64,000 nucleotides of DNA, from NCBI GenBank assembly GCA_030390025.1, contig CM059432.1, forward strand, positions 128,342,001 to 128,406,000, read 5' to 3'. How positions within the stretch are numbered: position 1 is the first letter of the stretch; every line of letters starts with the position of its first letter. The translations under genes and the position numbers were made by a program. Below are positions 1 to 11,057 of this stretch, in pieces. Source of the stretch: Squalus acanthias. Lineage: Eukaryota. The notes under the pieces are model-generated. The model ran no database searches. It was not told where the DNA came from and saw only the letters and a program-made list of their open reading frames with translations.

Positions 1-589
1 GTAAAAGGTCATTAACTTGCTCCTACGTTCAATCAAGTGGTGGTAGTTTTCCTGTAAGAGAACATTTGTTTGTTTATAATATTGTTAATACCAATATGTA
101 CGGTCCTGATGGTTCTCTTACCCCTTTCATTAAGTTGTGGCACTGTATGATATACAAAACAAGGCCTGCTTGTGTGGTTTTCATCTTTCTACAGTTTGAT
201 ACCAACTTTCTCTGTGGCTCCACTGGATTTTATTGGGTATTAAGTCCATATAAATGGAGTGAAGTGAATAACTGCAAATGTGTATGAAGCTCCCTTAACT
301 GGCTTTTAGCTAGGGCCTTAGCAAGCTAAACATGACTTCCACAGTACTGTTTGTAAAAGTACTGTTTGTAAAAGTAATAAAGCACTGGAGTAATTTTATG
401 CAAACAATTCATGCGTCAGCTCAAACATGAAAACTGAGTCAGCACTAATGCTTAATTTGCGAGTAAATCTAATGCAATGAATCATTTCTACTCGTACATG
501 TAATAACCTAATTATTATAAAATGGAGCATAAACCATGCAATAAAAAATTTATTACACAGTATCTGCAATAAAAACAATGTGCACTCCT

Positions 590-995
590 AGGGTACAGTA
601 GTGTAGTGGTTATGTTACTGGATTAGTAATCCAGAGGCCTTAACTAATAATTTTGAGAACATGAGTTCCACAATTGCAGTTTGAGAATTTGAATTCAGTT
701 TTAAAAATCTGGAAATAAAAACCTGGTATCAGTAAAATTGACCATGGAGCTGTTGGGTTGTCGTTAAAAACCCAACTGGTTCACGAATGTCCTTTTTAGG
801 GAAGGAAGCCTTCCCTGGTCTTGCCTATATGTGACTTCAATCCCACACCAATGTGGTTGACTCTTTACTGCCCCTGAAGTAGCCTATCAAGCCACTCAGC
901 AATTCAAGAAGGAGGCCCATCGCCACCTTTTCAAGGCAACTAGGGATGGGCAATAATTGCCAGTCTTGTCACATCCCGAGACTGAATTTAAAAAA
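590..995 (+). mobile_element. tRNA-headed SINE whose 3' tail matches the LINE family at 8461-8870 and 59445-60120
   Basis: A-box-like TAGTGTAGTGG head and degenerate B box. Tail ...caaggcaactagggatgggcaataa... is shared with the LINE 3' end near 8800-8870. Confidence 0.6.
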
Positions 996-3034
996 ACAAA
1001 ACTCCTTCCATGACAATTTCCATGGCCAGTGACCACCCAAGTGAATGTACAAAACCCTGTAGGAAAGCTTAGTTTGTTGTTTTCCTGCTTGTGTTTGGGC
1101 TTACACAGTGGTTTCCATTAAATATGGATTAGGACATAAAGAGCAGATGAAGCTGAAGTAGAAAGTCTTTATCTAGAGACAGATATTTTGAAGTAAAGAA
1201 CAGACATACAACATCAAAAAGTCTGGCCATTTATTGACAATTATTGTGGTCTATGCAGGATGAACTGATCTGTAAATGCCAAGTAAGAATTTCAATGAAC
1301 TGAACCAAATAGCTTTTAAAAAAAAATTCAATCTAAAGGAATAGAAAACTACAGGTGGTGTTCCCCAAGTCATTGCTCTTTGAAGCAGAGGAATAGGTAG
1401 CCTCATTTTAAATGGAAATACATGGAAGTTACAACATGGCCATTTGGACCAACTAGTCCATGTAAAGTGTTACACTCCATTTGAGCAAATAGTCCTAATC
1501 ACATTTAGCCACCTTGTTCCCATATCACTTTATCACCTTTTACTTTATTCATCTATTCAATCTGATCTTCAATGTTGACATTGTTTCTGCCTCAACCACT
1601 AACGCTGGAAGTGAATTCCACAGCTTCACAACTCTGTGTAAAGAAGTTTCTCATGCGCTCTCGTCTATATCTATGTATTTAAGGATAAACACATGAGGGA
1701 GAAAGGAATAGAAGGTTATGCTGATAGAGTTAGATGAAGAGGGACTGGAGGAGGCTGAGCATAAACACTGGCATAGACTAGTTGGGCCGAATGGCTGTAT
1801 ATTCTATGTATTTCTTACATATAATCTTGTATTCAGGACCCATCATTCTTGAACCTCAATTATTGTAAACAGTCTGCCTCTATATCCTGTCCTATCCTTT
1901 CATAATATTAAACATTTCTATCATATTTCATAATCAGCCCTAAATTTTTAAGTCTTAATATTTGTGTTTCCTCTTATCAGACAGGATCCCAATGAATCTG
2001 TTTATACCATTTCTAAAGCATCAATATCGTTCCTATACTGTGGAGCCCAATGACAGGAAGCCGCAGATGGAGCTGAGGTAGCAAAGGCGATAGTACCAAA
2101 AACTCCAGAAGAGGGGGTTGCAGTAAGTGTCAAATCCATTTTGTTGCAGTGCATGTACTTGTACAATGTAACATTTTTCTTGACTTTTCTTACTCTTTTT
2201 TGCAGACACACTGATCTCATTGCTTGCATGATGGATAGCAGACTCCTTCACTTTAATAATATCTGTATGCAAATGCCAATCTGGTTTACTGTGTAGTAAA
2301 ATATTATACAGTACCATGTAAAATTATATGCTGAAATAACTTTCTGAAGGTCATGGACTTGCTCAATTCTATCCATAAATTTTGTTTTAGATGTTCCTGA
2401 GAGAAACAGCCCAGAAACCAGGCCACTGATAAAGTTCTGTGTAAGATTATTGTGATAGCCTGTGCAATAATGGACAGGAAAGTGAGAGGCAACAGAATGG
2501 TATGAGGAAACAGTAAAATATGGGAACTGGCAAGGCCATCAGGAAGAGGGGCACAAGAGAGGCAAGTCAGGAGGCCAGTATGTCTATAGTAGGCATACGG
2601 ATTGGGAGGTGGGGGGGAGGGGGTGGAAATCTTGATTTTCACCCAATTTGTTAAAGGTCCAAAAGAAAGGGATAATCCAGATTAATGTTAATATGTGTAA
2701 TGTGAAGCATAATTTCTCAGTTGGCTCAGAACAGACACAGATTCAGAATTAGTTGGGCGGGTTGCAATGCAATTCAGCCTGCAAAAAGCCAGATGCATCA
2801 ACTTTACTTTGAGGGCACCTGAACACCAGTCAAATTTCACAAAGCTTGCCCAGAAATTTGGCTTGCTATGTGAGCTGGAATGTAACTCTTAGAGAGTCAC
2901 CCAGGGCATTACCCAAGGTTCATGTGTACCTCCATACACTATTATGTCCTTTCAATTCTGTTAACAGGAGTGAGCATCCTGCAATATTACGATGAGAAAA
3001 AGTTTGGCATTTGTTACAATTCACAATCCATGAT

Positions 3035-3811
3035 GGGCCAAATTTTGGTGTCAATATAATGGTGAGGCTAATGGCGCTCGCCTTTATTTATGCGTAAATG
3101 GTACAGCAACTTTAGGCGAGGAGCAGATGCATGGTCAAATGTAAATATCCAAAAATTGATGTCCAAGTTGTACTGCTCCCCCGTTAGCTTTGCAAAAACA
3201 GCATTCGCTGTCTGCCTCACCATTGAAATGAATTGAATGCATGAAGTTGCTGTATTTGCAAGGTAGATATGAACTAAACTTGCCACAGAAAGTTAAGTCT
3301 TGTTATTTCAAGCGTAACAATGTGATAAGTGTTAATTACTGCTAATCAATCTCTCTGGCACTGAAAATTAACTATTATAAGTGTGGAGTCTCATTCCTTC
3401 AAGTATTAATTGTTTGAGATTTAAAAAATGTCAAACTTACATTTTTTTTTAAATTCAGTCTGCAAATTTTTCTGTTTTTTTTTCTCTATCATAATCCAAT
3501 CTTTCTTTCAATTTCTTTTATTTCTCTTTCTGTACCTGATTTAACACAGAATTCACCCACTCTAATTTACACTTCCTTCTCAGGCCGCCTTCTGTTTATA
3601 TCCCAATCCTTCAATCTGATTGGTTAAGGAGAAACCCTGTTAGTTGCCCTCTTCAGTCAGGTCCCAGATGCCCTGTTTCCCTTGCAGCGCCATTATCAGC
3701 TCGCACTTTCAGCAACTTGGTGGGCAAAAATGTTTTGAGCTGAAGAGTGCAGGGTGAAGTCTAGATAATGGCAGACGCCGTTAGATGTCCCACTACAGCA
3801 AATTATGGCCC
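3035..3811. mobile_element. Old non-autonomous DNA transposon (MITE, probably PIF/Harbinger-derived)
   Basis: Imperfect TIRs GGGCCAAATTTTGGTGT / ACAGCAAATTATGGCCC around an AT-rich core. No clear TSD. Confidence 0.55.
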
Positions 3812-5007
3812 AACATGTTTATAGGTAAATAGTGCAAATTGGGCTCTCCTATTTAACAAGTTACAGAGGGCAGACATTTGTTAGTGTCTAGGTTATTGTC
3901 ATGGAGGTAATTTGGAGGACGAGGGAGTGTAAATGAGATTGTCATTTGTCATTTCTGCACTATTTGGTGATGGGGTATGTGGGTACTTGTGGTTGTATGT
4001 CAATCAAAGTGGTAAATCAAATCTGGATATATATCCAGGGAATCTAATGAAAGAGAGAAAATGCTGGAATCTGATGGAGTTCCAGGTGAAATGTTACTCT
4101 ATCTTTCTCTTTCAGATGCTGATTGAGCTGCTATATATTCCTGTTTTTATTTCAGATTTACAGCATTCATTTTCCCCCTTTTTATCTACTAAGGCTGGGT
4201 TCTCACTGCTGGTGGTTTTTAAGGTAGTAGATGAATCACCATCTGTTGTTCCGATTGATGCAGCCCTAGCCTGGTGAATTCAAGTGTATGTTTCCAAACT
4301 AGGAAAAATAGCAATTTGCACCAAGAAAATGACTGTATCCATCATTCTGTATGTTTTGTGGGGCTGAGGCAACATCATAGCAGATGAATGCGGACCTTAT
4401 TATCACCTACAAATAATGATCACAACTGGAATAGAAAGTTGCATAGAATAAATTAAGAACATGGGTAGACAATAGTAATTTGGCAAATAGCAGAACTTTT
4501 TTAAAAAACTGAATGAAATAACAGGTGAAGGACAATAGGCCATGATATCACCAAGGCTGAGAACAGTAGGAAAAAGATGAGGTAATGGTTAGGTTATGTC
4601 AAAAACTTACATTTTGAAATTCTGCACATTGTAGGAGCTTGAGGAAGGTTAGGTGGTCCATTAAAATGCTACTACAAAGTAAAATTGCACAAACACAACT
4701 AGCCTGGGGGAAAATCAGGCCTCAATTGCATGGTTTATTAAGCTTTCCTGTTTATGGAATAAACTTTATACCTTACTGCTCCCTCCACAATATCGGGTAA
4801 ATTTTGTGAGGCTCTGTTGATGACACTGAGCTGTGCTGGTTGGAACACAGGTCGTAGAATTAGGCAAGGAAGTCTGCAGCTACATTTCACAGCAAAGAAG
4901 TGTTCATGTTTGAGGTCATGCTGCTGACCAGCACAAGCCTCATTTAACCTTTTATTTTTTTGCCCATCCCTGTTTGCCCTCAAGGTGGTGGTGAGCCGCC
5001 TTCTTGC

Positions 5008-7260
5008 AATAATCATGGGGGACTTTAATCTTCATATAGACTGGGCAAATCAAATTGGCAAAGGTAGTCTGGAGGACGAGTTAATGGAATGCATTCGAGA
5101 CAGTTTCCTAGAACAATATGTCATGGAACCAACCAGAGAACAGGCTATTTTAGATCTTGCATTGTTTAATGAGACAGGATTAATTAGTAATCTCATAGTA
5201 AAGGATCCTCTGGTGAAGAGTGATCATAATATGATCGATATTTCACTCTCAAACTCAATGTGAAATTCTAAGTCCGAAACTAGAGTCTTAAACTTAAATA
5301 AAGCCAATTACATAGGTATGAGGGGCAAGTTGGCTTGGGTAGATTGGGAAATTAGATTAAAAGGTATGACGGTAGATGAGCAGTGGCAAACATTTAAAGA
5401 AATGGGAGGAAACTAACACTAAATATAAAAACAGATTGTAAGAGCTTCTACAAATATGTAAAAAGGAAGAGAGTAGCAAAAGTAAGCATTGGTCCCTTAG
5501 AGGCTGAGACAGGAAAAATTATAATGGGGAATAAGGAAATGGCAGAGACATTGAACAAATATTTTTTTTTATCTGTCTTCAAAGTAGAAGACACAAAAAG
5601 CATACCAAAAATAGTGGGGAGCCAAGGGGCTAATGAGAGTGAGGAACTTAAAGTAAGTAAGATCAGTAGAGAAAAGGTACTTGAGAAACTAATGGGACTA
5701 AAAGCCACCAAATCCCCTGGACCTGATGGCCTACATCCTAGGGTTCTAAAAGAGTTGGCTGCAGAGATGGTGGATGCATTGGTTGTGATCTTCCAAAATT
5801 CATAGATTCTAGAATGAACCCAGTGGATTGGAAGGTAGCAAACGTAACCTCACTATTCAAGAAAGGAGTGGAAGAGAAAACGGGGAACTACAGGCCAGTT
5901 AACCTGACATCAGTCATCAGGACAATGCTGAAATCCATTATTAAGGAAGTGGTAACAGTGCACTTAGAAAATCATAATATGATTAGTTAAAGTCAACATG
6001 GTTTTATGAAAGGGAAATAGTGTTTAACAAATGTTTGAGGTTTTTTTTGAGGGTAGATAAAAGGGAACCAGTGGATGTAGTATATTTGGATTTCCAAAAG
6101 GCATTCGATAAGGTATCACATAAAAGGTTGTTATGCAAGATAAGAGCTCATGGGGTTGGGGGTAATATATTAGCATGGATAGAGGATTGGTTAACGGACA
6201 GAAAAGAGAGTAGGGATAAACGGGCCATTTTCAGGTTGGCAGGCTGTAACTAGTGAGGTGTCGCAAAGGATCAGTGCTTGGGCCTCGGCTATTTACAATT
6301 TATATTAATGACTTAGATGAAGGGACTGAGTGTAATGTATCCAAGTTTGCTGACAATACAAAGCTAGGTGGGAAAGTAAGCAGTGAGGATGACACAAAGA
6401 GTCTGCAAAGGGATGTAGACAGGTTAACTAAGTGGGCTAGAAGGTGGCAGATGGAGTATAATGTGGAGAAATGTGAGGTTATTCACTTTGGTAGGAAGAA
6501 TAGAAATACAGAATATTTTTTAAATGGTGAGAGACTATTAAATGTTGGTGTTCAGAGTGATTTAGGTGTCCTCGTACAGGAAACAGAGAATCAGCATGCA
6601 AGTACAGCAAGCAATTAGGAAGGCAAATGGCAGGTTGACCTTTATTGCAAGGGGGTTGGAGTACAAGAGTAAGGAAGTCTTGCTACAATTGTACAGGGAT
6701 TTGGTGAGACCACACCTGGAGTACTGTGCACAGTTTTGGTCTCTTTATCTAAGGAAGGATATACATGCTTTAGAGGCGGTGCAACGAAGGTTCACTAGAT
6801 TGATTCCTGGGATGAGAGGGTTGTCCTATGAGGAGAGATTGAGTAGATTGGGCCTATACTCTCTGGAGTTTAGAAGAATGAGAGGTGATCTCATTGAAAC
6901 ATATAAGATTCTGAGGGGGATTGACAGGGTAGATGCTGAGAGGTTGTTTCCCCTGGCTGGAGAGTCTAGAACTAGGGGGCATAGTCTCAGGATAAGGGGT
7001 CGGCCATTTAAGACTGAGATGAGAAGGAATTTCTTCACTGGTTGTGAATCTTTGGAATTCTCTACCCAAAAGGGCTGTGGATGCTGAATTGTTGAATATA
7101 TTCAAGGCTGAGATCGATAGATTTTTGGACTCTAGGGGAATCAAGAAATATGGGGATCAGGTGGGAAAGTGGAGTTGAGGTTGAAGATCAGCCATGATCT
7201 TATTGAATGGCGGAGCAGGCTCGAGGAGCCTTATGGCCCACTCCTGCTCCTTGTTCTTGA
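5008..7260 (+). mobile_element. CR1-clade LINE (HER1-like), 5'-truncated, ORF2 disrupted
   Basis: Motifs GDFN/SDH (APE endonuclease), KSPGPDG, YLDFQKAFDKV, GSVLGP, FADNTK, RPHLEYC across broken ORFs, followed by a CR1 3' UTR. Confidence 0.92.
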
Positions 7261-7261
7261 T

Positions 7262-7555
7262 CTGCTGCAGTCTGTGTGATGAAGGTGATCCCACATTGCT
7301 GTTAGGTAGGGATTTCCAGGATTTTGACCCAGCGATGATGAAGGAATGGTGATATATTTCCAAGTCTGGATGGTTAGGAACTTGGAGGTGATGATGCTCC
7401 CATGCACTTGCTGTTCTTGTCCTTCTAGGCGGTGGAGGTCATCGGTTTGGGAGGTGCTGTCGAAGAAGCCTTGGCAAGTTGCTGCTATACACACTGCAGC
7501 CACGGTATGCCAGAGGTGGAGAGGGTGGATGTGTTGGCTAGTGGATGAGGTGCCA
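7262..7555 (-). mobile_element. Fragment of a second CR1/L2-group LINE family (ORF2 C-terminus)
   Basis: Homologous to 8461-8870 and 59445-60120 (SFIIAGSKSW.SLPN). Confidence 0.75.
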
Positions 7556-8042
7556 CTCCCAGGGGGAGAAGCAAGAGTAATGATAGGCTGCTAATCATTT
7601 GTGAGGGGCCTTCTGGGATGAAGACAGCCCTGTACCTCTTGATAATGGGTCACAAAAAGGCGCTGCAGCTACTGGCACCATGTCTGTTACCTCGGTGGCT
7701 GCCTGGTCCTATTCAGACCTACTATTATGCAGTCAATCATACCTACAAATGTTGACACCTGCCTGTCTGCCAATGACCGAGGACAACTGCCTCTGCTTTT
7801 GCTGGGGGAGGAGTGGGTCAGCAGCTTTACCATTTCCTGCAAGGACATCCATAACCAAAATGGAACACAGGGACAGCACAGTGAGTAGCAGATACAATTA
7901 TCACTACCTTTAATTGTTATGCCTCTGGCTCATTCCCAGCCAGCACTGTAATATCAGCTTATTTGCTGCCCACACGCACACGTGTCAAGCAAGCAACTGC
8001 TGCATTGCAAGAAATTTTACTCCTTTTCCACCAAAGAGACGC

Positions 8043-8460
8043 TAATAGTTAGAGGGGTGCGCACTATTTTTCAGTCCAGACAGTGTGTCCCAGACCCGTT
8101 GCTGCCTCCCAAGTGCTAGAGTAAGGAACATTTTGTAAAGACTGGAAAGGATTCTGGAAGAGTGGAGAGAGCAGCTAGTCATTGTCGTCCATGTGGGAGC
8201 CAACGATATAGGAAGGAAAAGGCCTGAAGTCCTGCAAAAAGTGTTTAGGAGATTTCGAAGCAGGCTTAGGAGCAGGACCTCAAGGGTAGTCCTCTCCAAA
8301 TTACTTCCCCAGCCACATGCTGGAATTGAGATGAATTGGAAAATTAGAGAGCTCAGCAAATGGCTACAGGGGTGGTGACAGGGTTTCCATTTTATTGGAC
8401 ATTAGCACCAGTTCTGCAGAAGATGGTAACTATTCTGCAAGGTTGTGCTACATCTGAACC
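8043..8460 (+). mobile_element. CR1 ORF1 (SGNH esterase-like) fragment
   Basis: CCLP.ARV, VHVGANDIG and VVLS.LLP motifs, homologous to 39830-40503. Confidence 0.75.
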
Positions 8461-8870
8461 GCCATCACCTTAAACATTCATTCCCTCCACCACCGGTGCA
8501 ATGTGGCTGCAGTGTGTACCATCTACAAGATGCACTGCAGCAACTCGCCAAGGCTTCTTCGGCAGCACCTCCCAAACTTGGGACCTCTACCACCAAGAAG
8601 AACAAGGGCAGCTGGCGCATGGGAACATCACCACCTGCAAGTTCCCCTCCAAGTCACACACCATTCTGACTTGGAAGTATATCACCGTTCCTTCATCGTC
8701 GCTGGGTCAAAATCCTGGAACTCCCTCCCTAACAGCACTGTAGGAGTACCTTCACCACAAGGACTGCAGCGGTTCAAGAAGGTGGCTCACCACCACCTTC
8801 TGAAGGGCAACTAGGGATGGACAATAAATGCTGGCTTTGCCAGCGACGCCCACATCCCAGGAACGAATTT
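8461..8870 (+). mobile_element. 3' end of the second CR1/L2-group LINE family
   Basis: ORF 8503-8814 (AAVCTIYKMHCSNSPRLL...HHHLLKGN*) plus tail gggatggacaataaatgctgg...cccacatccc. Confidence 0.8.
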
Positions 8871-9261
8871 TTAAAAAGGTAGGGATCTAATGAACTAGCA
8901 AAGCAGAAAAATAGGGAAGTGAAGAGTCATATAAACTACAAAGAAGGGAATAAAAGCAATCAGAAAGAGCAATTAGAGCAATAAATGAGTCAATTAAACA
9001 AGAATTTAGCAAAATGGATGAAGAAATAAACTGAGTAGAGGAGAAAAATTGAATTGACCAGTTATAAGCAAGAAAAAGACTAAGATACAGGAATTAGGTG
9101 TTAGCTTGGATAAAAAACATACAGGGAAAGGCAATAGCATTAATACAAACAAAAAAGATAACGTCCATATATTGCAACGTTCAGAGAGGGGGAAATTAGA
9201 AGCAATTGTGTCACAGAAAGAGATAGATTTAATAGCACTAACTGAAACTTGCCTGAATGCT

Positions 9262-9972
9262 ACATAGAATTACATAGAATGCACAGCACAGAAACAGACC
9301 ATTTGGTCCAACTGGTTAATGCTGTTTATGCTCCACAAGAGCCTCCTCCCATCTGTCTTCATCTAACCCTATCAACACATCCTTCTGTTCCTGTCTCCCT
9401 CATGTGTTTATCTAGCTTCCCTAAAATGCATCTATGCTATTTGCCTCAATTACTCCTTGTGGTAGTGAGTTCCACATTTTAACCACTCTCTGGGTAAAGA
9501 AGTTTCTCCTGAATTGGATTTATTAGTGACTATCTTATATTTATGGCCCCTAGTTTTGGTCTCCCCTACAAATGGAAACATATTCTCTATGCTTACCCTA
9601 TCAAACCCTTTCATCATTTTTAAGACCTCTATCAGGTTTACCCGACAGCCTTCGAGACCCATCCTGTTCAATCTTTCCTGATGCGTGTAATCTCTCAGAT
9701 TTGGTATTAACCTTGTAAATCTTTTTTGCACCTTCTCCAGTGCCTTTATATCTTATATATAATATGGAGACAATAGTACTTCCTTCCAAGTGTGGTCTAA
9801 CCAAGTTTCTACACAAGTTTAAAATAACTTCACTGTTTTTCAATTCTAACCCTCTAGAAATGAATCCAGTGCTTTGTTTCTTTTTATGGCCTTATTAACC
9901 TGTGTCGCTACTTTTAGTAATTTGTGTATCTCTACCCCTAGATTCCTTTGCTCCTCTACCCCATTTAGACTT
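9262..9972 (-). mobile_element. CR1 3' fragments; the body resumes at ~13690
   Basis: LVRPHLE and QKRFTRLIP motifs on the minus strand. Collinear with the related copy at ~37260-37920 once 9976-13690 is removed. Confidence 0.75.
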
Positions 9973-9975
9973 GTA

Positions 9976-11057
9976 GGCCGGAATTTTCTGTACCTGGTCG
10001 GGTGTGGGCAGTCGGCGTGGCGGGTCACGACCCCGTTGCTGCTTCCATCCCGCTGCAGAAAAAGACTTTGCGATAATGGGGCCTATTAAGCCCTGCGCAT
10101 TATCTGACCCAGTTAAATGGTGCGGGTCTGATGACGTCATCCATAACGTGTTTTCAGCCGGTATATTTAAAGGAGCCATGGGCACATTGCATTTGAAGGT
10201 TCATCTAGGAGTATGCAGGCAACACATTGGAGGTTTTCACTGCTCCAAACAGTTGGCGAGATGGTTGCACAGAGGCAGAGAGTTGCACCCAGGTTCTCCG
10301 ATGACTGCCTCCATATCTTTGTGGAGGGAGTCAGTGCACACAGGGAGGTCCTCTTCCCTTCCAGTGGGCGGAGGAGACCTTACCAGGAGACAAAGAGAGC
10401 CTGGCTCCAAATTGCAGAGGAGGTCAACAGCAGGGAGTTCAGAAGGACCTGGGTGCAGTGCCGCAAACGTTTCAATGATCTCATTAGTTCTGGAAAGGTG
10501 AGTACAAAGCCACATTCAACTTCATCCTGCTCTGCCTCTCATCACATCCCCATCATTCTGCCTTCCCACCCCTACTCCTGCACATCCTTACTCACACCAA
10601 CATACTTTGCACAACCACCCATCCCTCTCTATCTACATTATCACATCCCCATCTAACTAGCCACCCCTCGCACTCCACCTCATCCAAATGCAATCATACC
10701 AACTAACAATATGCAAGGAGCCCACTTGGCATTGCCACCCCAATCCATCATAGTCTCCCTCTAAAGATGTAACCCATCCATTCCTTACACTCATTCCATC
10801 ACTCTCACTCAACCTGCTCTTCTTTCCCTCCTTGCAGGAGAAGATAGCGCATAATGAGAGGGAGAGAACTGGAGGTGGGCGTCCATCATTTGCCACCCTC
10901 ACAACTGCAGAGGAGGCTGCGTTTGAAGTATCGGGAGTGGCCAATCAGCTGGAGGTGGGAGACGGCGAGAGGGGGACATCTCATCAACTTGGTGACAGAA
11001 TTACATATCATACAGCTACATGGCATACATCAAACACTCATATGGGGACTAATGTCA
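9976..11057 (+). mobile_element. PIF/Harbinger DNA transposon, left part (TIR plus Myb/SANT-like gene), truncated by a CR1
   Basis: Starts with TIR-like GGCCGGAATTTT, then CpG-rich subterminal sequence, TGACGTCA and a TATA-like TATTTAAA, then the Myb/SANT ORF. Confidence 0.75.
10261..10991 (+). CDS. Harbinger-associated Myb/SANT-like (trihelix) DNA-binding protein; exons 10261-10497 and 10838-~10991; 3'-partial
   Basis: Exon 1 reads PRFSDDCL..VEGV...EVLF...AWLQIAEEVNS...RTWVQCRKRFNDL. Donor AAG|GTGAGT at 10498 and acceptor polyY-GCAG| at 10837 give a phase-0 join into EKIAHNERERTGGG. Confidence 0.8.

Noticed and set aside
2057..2122. Purine-rich 66-nt exon-like stretch (EAADGAEVAKAIVPKTPEEGVA) ending at GTAAGT
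   Set aside because: No polypyrimidine tract at the acceptor, it abuts a CR1 remnant, and the peptide is unrecognised.
1106..4298. Further minus-strand exon candidates (~1172->1106 and ~4298->4207)
   Set aside because: Splice sites are plausible but no consistent open frame links them. Chance matches are likely in AT-rich DNA.
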